A stretch of 55,593 nt of DNA, the filler included, from Streblomastix strix (Eukaryota): NCBI GenBank assembly GCA_008636045.1. It is 3 parts of 3 records of this genome, joined end to end, with 100 filler letters (N's around TTAATTAATTAA, not from the genome) between each part and the next. Parts side by side here need not be neighbours in the genome. Positions count along the whole stretch, not along the records: positions 1 to 18,477 come from SNRW01000604.1; 2 more parts are not named here. The stretch is one strand, 5' to 3'. Below, in pieces: positions 1 to 13,203 of this stretch; the stretch's first letter is position 1; each line of letters begins with the position of its first letter. A program made the translations under genes and the position numbers. Under the pieces are notes generated by a model. That model was not told where the DNA came from and searched no databases. It saw nothing but the letters and a program-made list of their open reading frames with translations.

Positions 1-3000
1 TGATCATAGATAAAGAATTAGATACTATATTTATAGTTTCATTTATAGTAGTAGAAGTACTTGGTATGGTGGGAGAAGGTTGAATGAAATTATTAATTAT
101 CAGTTGATTATTCTAAACGGAAGGGTGAGAAGAATTATCATCTGATTCTGATTACTAATCTTTATTCATAACAGGTTTAATATTTTTAGTTCTTTTTCTT
201 CCTCTCTTTATTACATAATCATCTAGATTTATTATTTCAGATCCAGGAGGGATATTAGTGATTTGTTATTCAGAATTAGATGAGTTAGGCGGAGAGTTTA
301 TGTTTTTTAATTAAATCTACAGCTAGTTCTCATCTTAATCTGAATTAGAATCATCGATATCCTCAGGTTTGAATTATTTACTATCAAACTTTCTAAAAGG
401 TTCTATTTATCTATTTAGTCCAGTCTTTAATTTTTCATCATTATAGTCACTGTCAAGAGAGTCAGAATCATCAGGTTTTTTATACTTCTTCAATCTTCTA
501 CCTGAATTCTTATTCTTTTCACTTTTATCAATTTATACTTTATCTTTTACTAATTCTTTTTCTTTTACCTTTTCCTTTTCTTTTTCTTTTTCTTTTTACA
601 TAGCTTTTGTTGGTCTTCCTCCTTTCTACTTCTGTTTAGCTTTTATTTATTACTAATCAGGAAATTCATCAAAACTATCATTGTCAAGCTCATATGGTGA
701 TGAATCCAAGTCAATGATTTTTCTTTCTTCAATTGATCCAACCTGTAACTGTCTTTTTAGTTTGATTCTTCTTTGAATGTCATGATTAAGTCTACATCTT
801 GAAAGCAACTCTCTATTGAAATTAGATCTACAAGCAGAATCAGCTTTCTTCATAGCAACCATGATTTACTTCTTGAAATCTGATATGTTTATGACTTTAC
901 CTTTTCTTTTAGCTACTTATTTGAAGAAATTGATGATCTCAAGAGCTTCTTCGTTTATGGTACCTCGTGAAGTGATTACGAAGTTTAAGTTGTAGAACTG
1001 ATTGTTAGTGAACCAATTTCTGTATTTATGATTTTTCTATTAATTGGCAGTGATAACCAAGTCCTTAGGAAGAGCAGATTTAGCTGTCTAAGCATCTTCT
1101 TCTTTTATTACAAGATCAATGGAGAATTTATTAAACACTTGAGCGAATCTAGTAGAAGTACCATGTAGAAGTTTAGTTTCAATGTCATAAATCTCACCAC
1201 CGGTATCCCATTGTATGGTAATATCTGATACTTAAGCTTCATCATCCTTATTTCTATTATTAGTAAAGTTCTTCTCTTCCATGACAACAGAAACTCCCTA
1301 AATGTTTGAAATTGTTTTAGCAATTATTCTCTTGATGTAGTTATGGCGGAGGGATCTGATAGCTTGGTTGTATTAGCAGCAGACAGAGTGGCCATATCTA
1401 ATTTTGTTATGACAAAGTGGGCAGTTCTCTAATATTGCAGAGCCTAATATTTTAACTGCTTCATCTAAAGTTTATTCCTCTTCGTATGAAGATAAGCATA
1501 AATCATTTAGAATATTCTCCATGTCTTTGTCACTCAATCAAGTCTGTTTGCTAGCGCCAATAGCGGCAAGGTGAGCTCCAGAGAAGTATCCATCTGAACC
1601 AATAATTCTGTTTTATTTTTGTACTCCTAATACCTTAGCATCATCAATAGCAGTGAAGAAAGCGTTTTTCATTGTTCTGTACCAAAGAGCATGCTAAGTT
1701 ATCTTACAATCAACTCTTTGTAAGATTTATAAAGCTTATTACCAGTGTGTAAAGAATTCATATAATCTTCCAGTATGATAAGTTGGATGTAGCATCAAAG
1801 ATAGCTTTTATTAGTAATTAGGATTTATATCTAAATTATCTATTAGGTCAGCCTTTTATAGTAGTAGAGAAATTTGAGGTTCTTGTATCAGTTCATAGTA
1901 AGTAGCCAGTAAAGCAGGATGTTGGATATCTTCCAAAGAAATGATGCCAGCACCTCCAAGTTTGATAGGTATACTAAGCATTTGTCTTACTGCATCACCT
2001 CTAAGACGAGAAAAGTTAGATATCTTCTATAATAGTCAATTATCAAAATCTATAAGGTATACAAGTTGAACTTTGGTAAGTTACACAAATCTAGTTAATT
2101 TAGATGCAACACAAAATCTCTCTATATTTAATGCATTTTAAGAATATAAAAGAGTAGCAGAATCAGCTGTGCGAAGAGCGGTAGTAGCAAGTTTAATGAA
2201 TTTCTAATCTCTTATAAGACCTGATTGACTAATAGGAATGCCAAGAACATCAAGTGATTGATCAAAACAAATTCTACCAAAATCAGTTTAAATCGGAGGG
2301 ATGTTAGGTTATATTAATCCTTATCTGATGCAAAGGGCATGGCATTTGGAGAAATTAAAGCTCATGTTAACATCTAACAGTTCTCTCTGTCCCATTTCGA
2401 TTAGGTCCTAAGCTTATTATTGAGATGAAGCAAATATAAACATGTCATCCATGTATCCATAAATTGCTTTGATCCATTCTGTATAGTTAGCAATGCTTTT
2501 AAATTATAAAGTCTAATCAAATTAGCTTTGTTTCTCAGTATTTAAATCATTTATGAGTTTGTTAGTTATAACTGAGAAATTAGAAGGAGATAGAGGACTT
2601 CCTTGTGGTATTCCAATAGATTAATTTATCAGAATTTGATCATTTTCAGAAAAATGATAAATTTTCTATTTGGAGAAATTTTGAAATAAGAAATTAATAC
2701 CAATTTCACTCATTTTATAGTCTGCAAGTAGATTAAGAAGCTACTACCTTTTAACTGAATTGAAAGCCCCAGATATATCAGTTTGGATTATATACAATTC
2801 AGAATTAGGATTATAACTATATGCTATAGAGTGTAGGTCTATAACAGTCTAAATTAGAGCTATAATCTTTTCTCCACCCCAAGGCATACCTACGCCATAT
2901 TGAGTAATTGGAATGGCTAAGTGGTAAGCGTCTTTCTCTAATTTTAATATTATCCTAGATAGTAGTTTATCGAATGCTTCGGGTATGGTGATAGGTCTAG

Positions 3001-6000
3001 GTTCAACTTTATTGGCCTTCTTCAAAGCAATGACAGAGCCGATGAATAATCCTGATGGGTAGAAGTTAGATTTGATCATAGCAAGGAAGAATTCATAAAG
3101 TAATTTAAGAAATGGAGGAAATTATTTACAAAGTTATTTGATTAAGTCAGATGTCCATCCAGAAGGGCCAGGGGCAGAAGCTCTTTTAGATTTCTTTATT
3201 TATTGATGAAAGAAATCTAAAGTAAATAAATTCAATTAGTCAATCTTTAAATTAGCATTTTCATTTATTTCAGGCAAAATCAGATTATTTTAGTCTTATA
3301 AAAATAAATGCTAAATTTGATTTGCAGTTTGTAGTGAAGGTTGGATTATAGCTGTGCCTAATTAAGCATCGAAGAGATGATTATGAGCATCTCCTATTCT
3401 ACCCATAGAGCACAATATGTTAGCTTTAGATATCATAGCAGGAGATATATTTTCTAATTCCTCTTTTGATAAGTTAGAATTTGGAAAATTTCCTGTATCT
3501 TAGTCATTATCCCTAATTGCATCATTAATTTTAGCATCTCTAATTTATTACTTATCTAATGATTTAGTTAATGAAGGATTTTCTAAAGATAAATCTTCTT
3601 ATTCTTCATCATCGATTTGATTTGAATCATCATTAATATTCATCTCCTCCTCAAATAATGATTTATTTAGATGATTCTTCTTCTTTCTATTAAAATTAGG
3701 TATAGATCTTTGTTATCATCTAATTTCTCTTTATTAATCACAATTCTTATGAATGTACCCAGGTATGCCTAAAATCTTACTACAAGCAGTTTCAGCAGCA
3801 ATGAGTTTATTATCTCAATCTTAGACAGAAGACTAAGAGTAAATGGATATAGCAGCAATAGCATCATATAATAGAGGACCAGCAAGGGCTTTAGTAGCAG
3901 CTAAGTAAGAAAAGGTGTCTCTCTCAGTCCAATGTATTTAACCTAATGAATGATGATATGGAGGCACATCTTAAGCTCTGAGTTCTTATCCAAAAGATAC
4001 AATATGTTTGAAATTATCGTGGCCTTCTTCATAGATCTCGGGTGCAGCAGGTTTATTTATTCCAGCGAGGACTTGAGAGTTGTGTTTATTAGGTTCTCTT
4101 AAAAGATGCTGAGGAGAATGTTTATGTTGGATAATTCTTAATCATTCCTTTTACAAGTCTTCCAGCCACTTCTCATACATCCTTAACATCAATGGAGGAT
4201 CATCATCATCGCTTATCTGTTAATCAGCAATTAGCATACAACCAGCAGAGTCATCATCATCATCATCATGGTCATAATGATTATTATGATAATTAAAATC
4301 AGATAAGAAGATGGAAAACAGAGAAAATTAGGTATTAATAATATTACTTCCACCATCTAGACCAGTTTTCTTAGTCTCTTTAGTTTGTATTGTAACTTAA
4401 GAGCAATCAATGGTAAACACTTATCCTCTCGCGATTCTACCGGAGTGTTGATATGGATCCTAGTACTATATGAGATTCATTCCAATTTAGATCCTTTATC
4501 TATTCTGTTATGCCACAGTAGCTCTTTATTTTTCTATCAGTTCGTCGATATTTCTCGGGAAATTTGGTTTATTATTAAGGGCTTCAAGTGATCTAGTCAT
4601 TTCAGTCTCTTGTCTACCTATAAGTGGTGGGAATAATCTAAAATCTCTAGGTAATTATTACTATAGATAGACAGGAAAATCCTTATGAGCCTCACATTAT
4701 AGTATTATCATATTACGTTCAGCCTAAATTAGTTAGTTTTATTCATTACATTCAAATATAGCTGCTCTTGTAAAAATAGATTGATTGATAGCATGTAAGT
4801 GATAAGGAAGAGCCTTTCTTCTTATTATTTCTTAAAGGAGAGGCATAGGAGGCTTCATTTAGAATATAGGAGGAGCAAAGAAATCTAACGGGATCGGTAA
4901 TGGGATATGACAGAGAAGGCATCCCCAGAAGCATTAACTGAAATATATCTTTAAATGTGAGAAAACGCCTGCAAGTGGAGCAATAGAGCAATATGTCAAG
5001 AAAGCTAAATTAGATGTAATTTCAATAGCGTTAAATGGTTCGCCATAAATTACTCTGGTGATTCTAGTTTCACATAGTCCCATTGCATGCAAGATGAACC
5101 GATCACATGTAATCTGACATATGGCTCTTATGCGATTAGCAGCTTCAGCGATTAATCTAGGATCAAGAAACTTAGGATTGATACCAGCTAAATGAGGAAG
5201 AAGGACAGTTGAAATTTCTTGAATATCCTCAATTGAAGGTTTTCTGTCTTGATCAAGTCTATTATAATTATTATTATACTAATTTAGGTTATCTCTGCAA
5301 AGTTCTTAAATAGAGAAGTTTGCATTTTCGGGATGATAATTCATATATATATTGTAAGCTACTTCCCTAGCTTTGTGAGGAATTTATATAGATCTTGAAA
5401 CAAGAGACAAAGGATGACGATCAAAATCATATTTATTAGATTATACTATTAATTCAGATATAATATTATCATGAATCTAATTTAGAACTTTCTTAGCTAT
5501 TCTATAATTAGGAGAAGGAAAAGCAGTTTTTGTGCTTTTAGGAGGAACATTCTAGTCAGGAGCATCCCATTCAAACATATTATTGTCCTTAATGTCATCC
5601 CATTATTAGTTTAAATCTTTATTAGTTTAATGACATTTAGTGCAAAACTTTGATGCACAAAATATATTTTATAAATTATCAAGTTGATCTAAACTGCTAC
5701 TGCTACTACTACTACTACTACTACTTGATTACTATTATTATTATTATTATTATTAACATATTATATTAACATTCACATGTAGTTCATCTTAGTAAGAGTG
5801 AATCCATCTAATTAATTTAATATTTGGTTATAATGGTGAATCGAAAATAGATAATTTAGGAAAAGCAGAATCAGGTTTAAAATCAGGAATAATAAGAGAG
5901 CTTAAAATAGGTAAATATGGTTTTGGAGGAGGAGTTTTTTAAGCTGATATTGATTAAGAAATATCAAGAGGAGATTATGATCTAGCTCTTTTCTTTGAAT

Positions 6001-8832
6001 TTGTATTATCATCATGATAATCTTTATGATTTCTTTTTTATAATAAATTATCTTAAGTAGTTTCAATCTATTATTAATTTTTGTCTTTAATCATTTAATC
6101 AGAATTTGATGAAGATTCAAAATAAGAATGTTAATCTTAGAGATTAGGAGAGTATAATTTTTATTTATTTATTTAATCTGTATCACTATCATTTTCGCTA
6201 TCAAAGTCCATCACATTTCTATAACGATTTCTTTAATCTTTAGATAAATTTTAAGATTATTTATGACTAGTCTAATTTTGATTCTATTAATTTTAACTAT
6301 TTTAAATGATATTTTCATCTTTTTAAAAAGTTAATTAATTTTAAACAACATAATTATTACAATTTGGATGAGGAGTAGGAGACCTCTTATTTAATATCAA
6401 TTAAGGAATTTTTTATATTGTAGGTGACTAAACTAATTTTTGATTTTATTATTATTATTATTGTTACTACTATTAAAAATAAGAATAGTATTTATTTTTG
6501 GGTGATTAGAAAGAAAGATTTTGATAGAAAGTTTAATTTCTTTAAGGTGACATATCATATTTATTTATATCAATCAAATTTTGATTTTAAGAATGCTAAA
6601 TATTTTTTTTATCTGATTTTGATTATAGCAACTTTTATTATTATTATTATTATTAATTATCTTTTTAAACCTAAGCCAAATGTTGAAAAAGAATCTAATT
6701 TGTATTTTAATAACTTTGTGTATTATTAAAAGGAACTTTTTATTATATATTCTCAACGGGTGAAGTGAATTATTTCTGCAAAGTTTGATTATTTGTCAAA
6801 GTAGGAGAAGGTAATAAAGGAAGATCAAGTGTCTAATTCTGCTAAATATAGTTAAGGTCATCAGCAATATTATAAGAGAAATATTTTATAGACTGGTCGT
6901 GTTGATCAGAGATAAATTTAGATGTATTTTTAGATTTAAATTTAATTTAGTTCAATGAATCATCATTCTAATATATTTATTAATCGTGTTTTAAAATTTA
7001 ACTATTGACAGAAGGAGAAAGATAAGAATCAGTTGTTTCAATTTATTATAAATCGTTTGATTATTAAAATTAGGTATTGATTGTTAAATTTTATTTAATT
7101 TAAGATGGTTTATGTTTATTTTGATTAATATTTTATTTAAATTAGATCTATGCTTCTTTTTATTTTTAACCATCATTTATATTATTATTCAAAGAAGATA
7201 TAGTCAATGTATTATTGTTTGTAATAGGAGAAACACTTGTTAGATCAATTTAACTTTTATTTTCTGGCTAACTATCTTTCTAAAGTAAGTATTTCTAATG
7301 TTGTTATTATAATTGATGAGAATATTATAAGTTAACATTATCTTCGAAATTATTTTATAGCTATTATTTATGATGTTGATCAAATTTTGAGATAATTGGA
7401 GATTTATATCTAGATTAGGTAGAATCGGTCATATTTAAGCTGTTATTTGATAATTCAATCTAATTCAGATTATTCCTAGAGTACCAATCAGGTTAATGCA
7501 AACTATCCTCAATATTATTATTCAAACCATCATTAATCAATGAAATATTTTATTTGTTATTGTTAATTAAATTTGATTAATTTTAATCTTATATATCATC
7601 CACTGATTATATTAAATATGATTTATTTATGTTATTTATCTAATTATAGTTACTAGTGTCTTTACAGCTAACTTAGATAGAATTATTCTAATTTCTAACA
7701 ATTGCTTATTCATTCAAATTTTGATTATTATTATTTTAATGAAGAGATTCATATATAGTATCATTATTATTATTATTATTATTATTATCAACCAGTACTA
7801 ATGATGCATTTGAATTGTTATGATGTTAATTGGTATTTTTATCCAAATGTTAAATATTTCCATTTTTATTCATTATATTATTATTATAACCATCATCATT
7901 GATTATTATATTTCTTTAACTATTACTTATAAATTCAGAATTTGTTTTATTTTGAAGTATTTCGTTAAGTTTGGGTGATTTTATCTAAATCAGATCATTA
8001 TCCAAATTATATCTAATTTAGGGTGATTTCATCTAATTTAGGTTATTTTCAATATTCAGCTAATTCTGATCATTATCCAAATTATACCTAATTTAGGGTG
8101 ATTTCATCTAATTTAGGTTATTTTCAATATTCAGCTAATTCTGATCATTATCCAAATTATACCTAATTTAGGGTGATTTCANNNNNNNNNNTTCAGCTAA
8201 TTCTGATCATTATCCAAATTATACCTAATTTAGGGTGATTTCATCTAATTTAGGTTATTTTCAATATTCAGCTAATTCTGATCATTATCCAAATTATACC
8301 TAATTTAGGGTGATTTCATCTAATTTAGGTTATTTTCAATATTCAGCTAATTCTGATCATTATCCAAATTATACCTAATTTAGGGTGATTTCACCTAATT
8401 TAGCTTATTTTCCATATTTAGCTAATTTTGATTATTTTCATAAATTCTTTCTGAAGATTTACTCAATATCTTAGAAGGTGAATTTTAAATATTATTTTAT
8501 TATAATTATATTAATCTTTCATGAAGTGGTGTTTATGTAGGATTTTGAATGTTGCTCATAATCGATTTTTATGGAGAAATGTTATTATTATTATAATTAG
8601 CAATAATTTCATTATTTAAACCGGGCATTGTATTAAACTGTTATTATATTAAATTTGAAGAAGGAGTATTTAACAATTACTATGTCAGAGGGGGTTTATA
8701 ATTATTGGATTTATCTACATCAGCTTATTAAGTGCAATTTTTCATTTATTTTATTTATTCAATGTTTTATACAGAAGAAGGTGTTTAATTTATATAATCG
8801 TCTTTGTTTATGAAATTAGATGTTTATAACAT
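1..8832 (-). mobile_element. Non-LTR retrotransposon (CRE/R2-group, RLE type) single giant ORF: Q/N-rich N-terminus, RT, CCHC zinc finger, restriction-like endonuclease, K/E/D/S-rich tail; 3' end runs off the contig
   Basis: With TAR=Gln one frame is continuous from ~8180 to base 1, and from ATG 8832 to the N-gap. RT motifs: SAPGPSGW (~3150-3180), PRPITIPE, QYGVG, QTDISGAFNS, GIPQGSPLSP (~2585-2615), YMDD (~2445-2456), LGIP, PIKLGGAG. These are followed by CPLC-x7-H-x3-C (~1376-1423), RHN (~1340) and SD..D..KxxKY endonuclease-like residues. Five in-frame TGA codons are present. Confidence 0.9.
7972..8440 (-). repeat. 75-bp in-frame tandem repeat (25-aa unit NDQNQLNIENNLNQMKSPQIRYNLD) inside the retroelement ORF; copy number unresolved (N-gap 8182-8191)
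   Basis: Unit tcagctaattctgatcattatccaaattatacctaatttagggtgatttcatctaatttaggttattttcaatat recurs at 8056 and 8131 and again after the gap. Inner copies are identical and flanking copies are degenerate. Confidence 0.95.
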
Positions 8833-10759
8833 TTATTTAAAATGATTGACTAACGTAATTATCAAGTTAGAATGATTTTAAAAGATAATCTAGGTTCTAT
8901 GGGGGAGATCATGAAATAATATATTCAAACAACGATAATTAAAAAAAAAAACAAATATTAATAAAATATATACATTAAAATAATAAAATAATTTAATATA
9001 AAAAGTAGATGTGAAACTAATTTATAAAATAATTTTTTAATTTCGTATTGATCTTTCAAAATGTTTAAAAAAAATATATAAATTTTAATTAGATAAATTA
9101 TTATTATAAAAATATCATGATAATTATATATAAAAATTCAATACTTTTATTAATTCTTTTAATATAATTTTTATGTTTCTTACTTATTCATATTTTAAGT
9201 CATATATGTCAATATATTAATCAAATATAAATATTAATCTTACATAATAATTTTTTAATTATCACTATGTGATATAAATTACTAGATATTATAGTTAATC
9301 AATCTAGCTTCTCAATATATTTTATAAATTTCATCCAAATGTAATAACTACTTAATATTATAGTTTATTTAATTTATATTTATTTTTTAAAACACTATAT
9401 ATATTAGTATATCCGCGATATTTTGATGATATATTGACTGATAGTTTCAGTTTGCGATTAATTCTTAATTTTCGCTTTTTCTAACGATTGTAATATAGAA
9501 TAATAGTATGAATATATATTAAATAGATTTAAATATTCAATATATTATTTTTATTATCATAAGCTTATTATTTAATAAACTAAATTTATACATAATGAAT
9601 AATTTAATTTTTGTTTTTGAATTCTAACATTATTTTATCTATTTATTATCATTTGATAGCTTAGATTAAAATTATTATATTATTAATTTTATAAACTAAC
9701 TTACAATATATATTTTATAACCAATATCTTTATATTTACTTTATATTTACATGATAAAAAATTATTTTATCAAAGAAATTTCCAATTTTTTCATCAAATT
9801 AATAATTTCATTATATATTTTAATAGTGAGAATATCGTAAAGTATCTCTTTTAACGAATATTCATGCGATGTACTTAAATGTAAACGTATGATTAAAAAT
9901 AAAACAATATAATTTTTATTCACCTTTTGTAAATTGTATTTATATATATATTATAGTTGAATTTCATATTCAGTGTTTGAAATAAATAACAAGACTTTAT
10001 TAAAAGAATATAGAAGTGTAAATAGATAAGAGATTAAGGTATATAAATAATAATTATAAGATATTTCCAAAAGAAAAATATTTATACATGATTAATACAT
10101 ACTATGAACAATAAATATTATCAAAACTAAATATAATTTAATATATTAATTTTTTTTTCATAAAACAAATATATATTAGTTGATACAATATTAGAACTAA
10201 TTCAATGAAATCAAATTTCTAGCAAGTATATATTGATACGGTATGAATACATGATATCCTTACATAATATATTAATATTAATATTATTAATTATTTAATA
10301 TTTTATTATAATTAAAACTATTTCTTTTATAATTTTATAAATATAATTCAGATTCATATAATCATAGTTTGTAACAAATTGATTCGATATATTAGTATAA
10401 ATGATACTTGATTTTTAATATGAAATTATGAAGCAATTACCATACTTGTAATAAGTACAAATAAATATTGATAAATATTAACTTTGATGATTACGATACT
10501 ACTTTAATTCACTAAGATACATACACAAGCAAACAATATAGCAATTATAATGAAAGTATGACAGCTAAAAAATGTGAATATAAAGTAAATTTAATAAAAA
10601 TATAATTTTTTAATTTATATAATCATTTGAATTTTTTAAAAAAAAAATATAATTATTCATTAATTTTTAATTTACCATGTTGATATAATTATTTTTATAT
10701 AAACATAAATCAGTTACCATTAGTTTATATATACACCTAATCAACTCTAATATTCTATT

Positions 10760-12958
10760 TGAAATAGATTGAGCAATCAAAAAATAAAAGAGTATGATTA
10801 ATTTTGAAAGGAATATAATATATATAACTATATTTTGAATTTTAATACATTGTAAAATATTTAAAAGAAATTATTTAATAAATATAATTTTATAATATTT
10901 ATATAGTACAACTGTTAAGGATGTAAATTATGATATATTTGCATTACATAATGGATAGGTATTCATAAAAATATTATATATCTATGCATACAAACCAATT
11001 ATATTTAATAAAATTAATAATAATTTTGTTTTTTTATAATAAATAGAATTAAGATATATATTGATCATATATTAAAACATTCCTAATTATTCTCACATGA
11101 TAAGATTACCCGAGATTAATTTCCATCAAAATGAGGTATAATATTTAAATTATATATATTATATATATATATATAATCATTATCAATTTTTAATCAATAA
11201 CCAAACTAAGCGTTCTAAACTATATATGATTTATTTTTTTGTAATGAATTTTATTATTTCATTAATATATTCATAAATTAATGAAATTGATATAAGATAT
11301 ATATTAAATTATTATAAAATATTTTTATAATATATATATATTTAATATTTCTTGTATTTAATTTAATATATAATAGAAGAAACTTATATGAGACGGGTTT
11401 TATATGATAAGTAGATATCAGTAATTTCAAGTATTACTTTTACAAAAGAATTAGAGATTTAAAAAAAATGTATGACTTTATATATATTTGTATAAAATAA
11501 AATTATCAAAATTAGATAATTATATTAATTTATATCAAAAATAGATGATTATATTAAATAATATCAAAATTAAATATATATATAAATATATCAAATTTAG
11601 ATAATATATAATATATATAAAAGATTAGACTTCTTAAAACTGAATTATGTTAAATACTTAGATTACTAATAAAAGGTATTAAATATATAAATAATATATA
11701 ATAAGTATCAGTTAATAATATTTAAACATATAAAAAAATAACCTTACTTATCTTATATATAAAGATTATACTTATCTATTTATATTTAATTGTATATTTA
11801 TAACATTTACTATAGATTATTCGATTACTTTCTATAACAGTTGGAAGAATTGGATAAGATAATTAAATACAAACTCATCAAATTTAGCATTTGTTAGCAT
11901 TGTGTCGAACAATTTTAATATTGTTATGATGGATTTTAACTTTAAAGATTAATTTATTGATATATTTTGTTTAAATGCATTAATTATAATAATTTGAAAT
12001 ACAAATAAATTTGGTTCACTTTCTTATTGAAATAATCTGATCAAGTCTGTTGTATTATTAAATTTCATTAGAATATTCACTTTTATGATATGTACTTATA
12101 ATGAATATAATAAACACTTACAAACCATTTATCTAGTAATAAATATTTATATTTTCAATTTTTTCTAACAAGTTAATATTTTAAATTACAATTTGTACAT
12201 TTTTTCTATAATAAATAAGATAACTGGTGTCTTAATTTAATTTATAAAATCTATTTAATATACGAATACCTTTAAAAAATGAAAAAAAATATTATTAATT
12301 TTATTTTTTGATATTTCCTACTCATTGTTAATATTTTTTAGTTCTATTTATATGTTTAATGTAATTAAAACAATAATTTAAAACAATTATATGTTTATCT
12401 ATATAAAATAAAACTCCAAAAAATGTTATTTATTTATATATTAAGTATTTATTTTTTATTCTGCATTAAATTTTAATTTTATACATTCATAGACAAAGTC
12501 ATTTACTATACGATGTCGATATCTCTCATTATTGAGTTATAATAATGACACTTTATATACGTCGTCAATAATAATTCATTGCAGTTAAGGTTTGTAATCA
12601 CAATTTTTTTTAAAAAAAAAAATTTTATCATAACATAATTTATTTATAATAATTTATATTTATTTCTATCAGTAAAGGAAGCAATATGCCGATAATGAAA
12701 ACGTCTATGATTAATATAATCTTCTATATATATGAGCTAATGATGATGAAGTGTATATATAAGGATATTTAAAGGTAAATTATTAATATATTTAAAACTT
12801 ATTTAAATATAAATAATTAATTTGTGATGAAAATATATATATTACTAATATATATTTCAAACATTTATAATTTATATGTCCTTTTTTTTATAATCTAATT
12901 CAGATAATCCATATTGTTCATTATTACAAAAGTGAAATTGAATAGATAAAAGATTGAG
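10760..12958 (+). other. Candidate short exons (AG...GT-bounded, slightly GC-richer islands) of an unresolved gene or pseudogene, possibly upstream exons of the gene at 13204
   Basis: Islands such as 12493-12589, 12673-12774 and 12904-12958 are preceded by (t/c)ag and followed by gtttgt/gtaaat/gtattg. I could not assemble a consistent reading frame. Confidence 0.3.
11503..11605. repeat. Array of four copies of the semi-palindromic motif ATATCAAAATTAGATA at ~29-bp period
   Basis: Copies start at 11503, 11532, 11561 and 11588. Confidence 0.7.
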
Positions 12959-13010
12959 GTATTGATATAAAATAAATATTAATTTAAAATCTAAATATTA
13001 TTAAGATTTT

Positions 13011-13054
13011 ATATCAAAATTAGATATATTTAAGTTTATATCTAATTTTGATAT
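13011..13054. repeat. Perfect 18-bp inverted repeat (8-nt loop) built from the same ATATCAAAATTAGATATA motif
   Basis: 13011-13028 atatcaaaattagatata and 13037-13054 tatatctaattttgatat are exact reverse complements. Confidence 0.85.
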
Positions 13055-13203
13055 TTAAATTATATTATTGAAATTTAATAAAATTTATATTTAATCATAT
13101 ATAATTACATTAAATTATTAATATAATATTAATATTTTTATTTATAATTTATATGTGTGTATTTAGCATCAATCATGGTTTGAAATAAATTCCCCATATT
13201 GCA

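Noticed and set aside
1538..4144. Selenocysteine interpretation of the in-frame TGAs
   Set aside because: The contexts are not redox or Cys-like, RT elements are not known selenoproteins, and the 3' UTR (SECIS) is outside the window.
7972..8440. Possible CRISPR-like array
   Set aside because: Contiguous identical 75-bp units without unique spacers, in frame within a eukaryotic ORF, and no cas genes.
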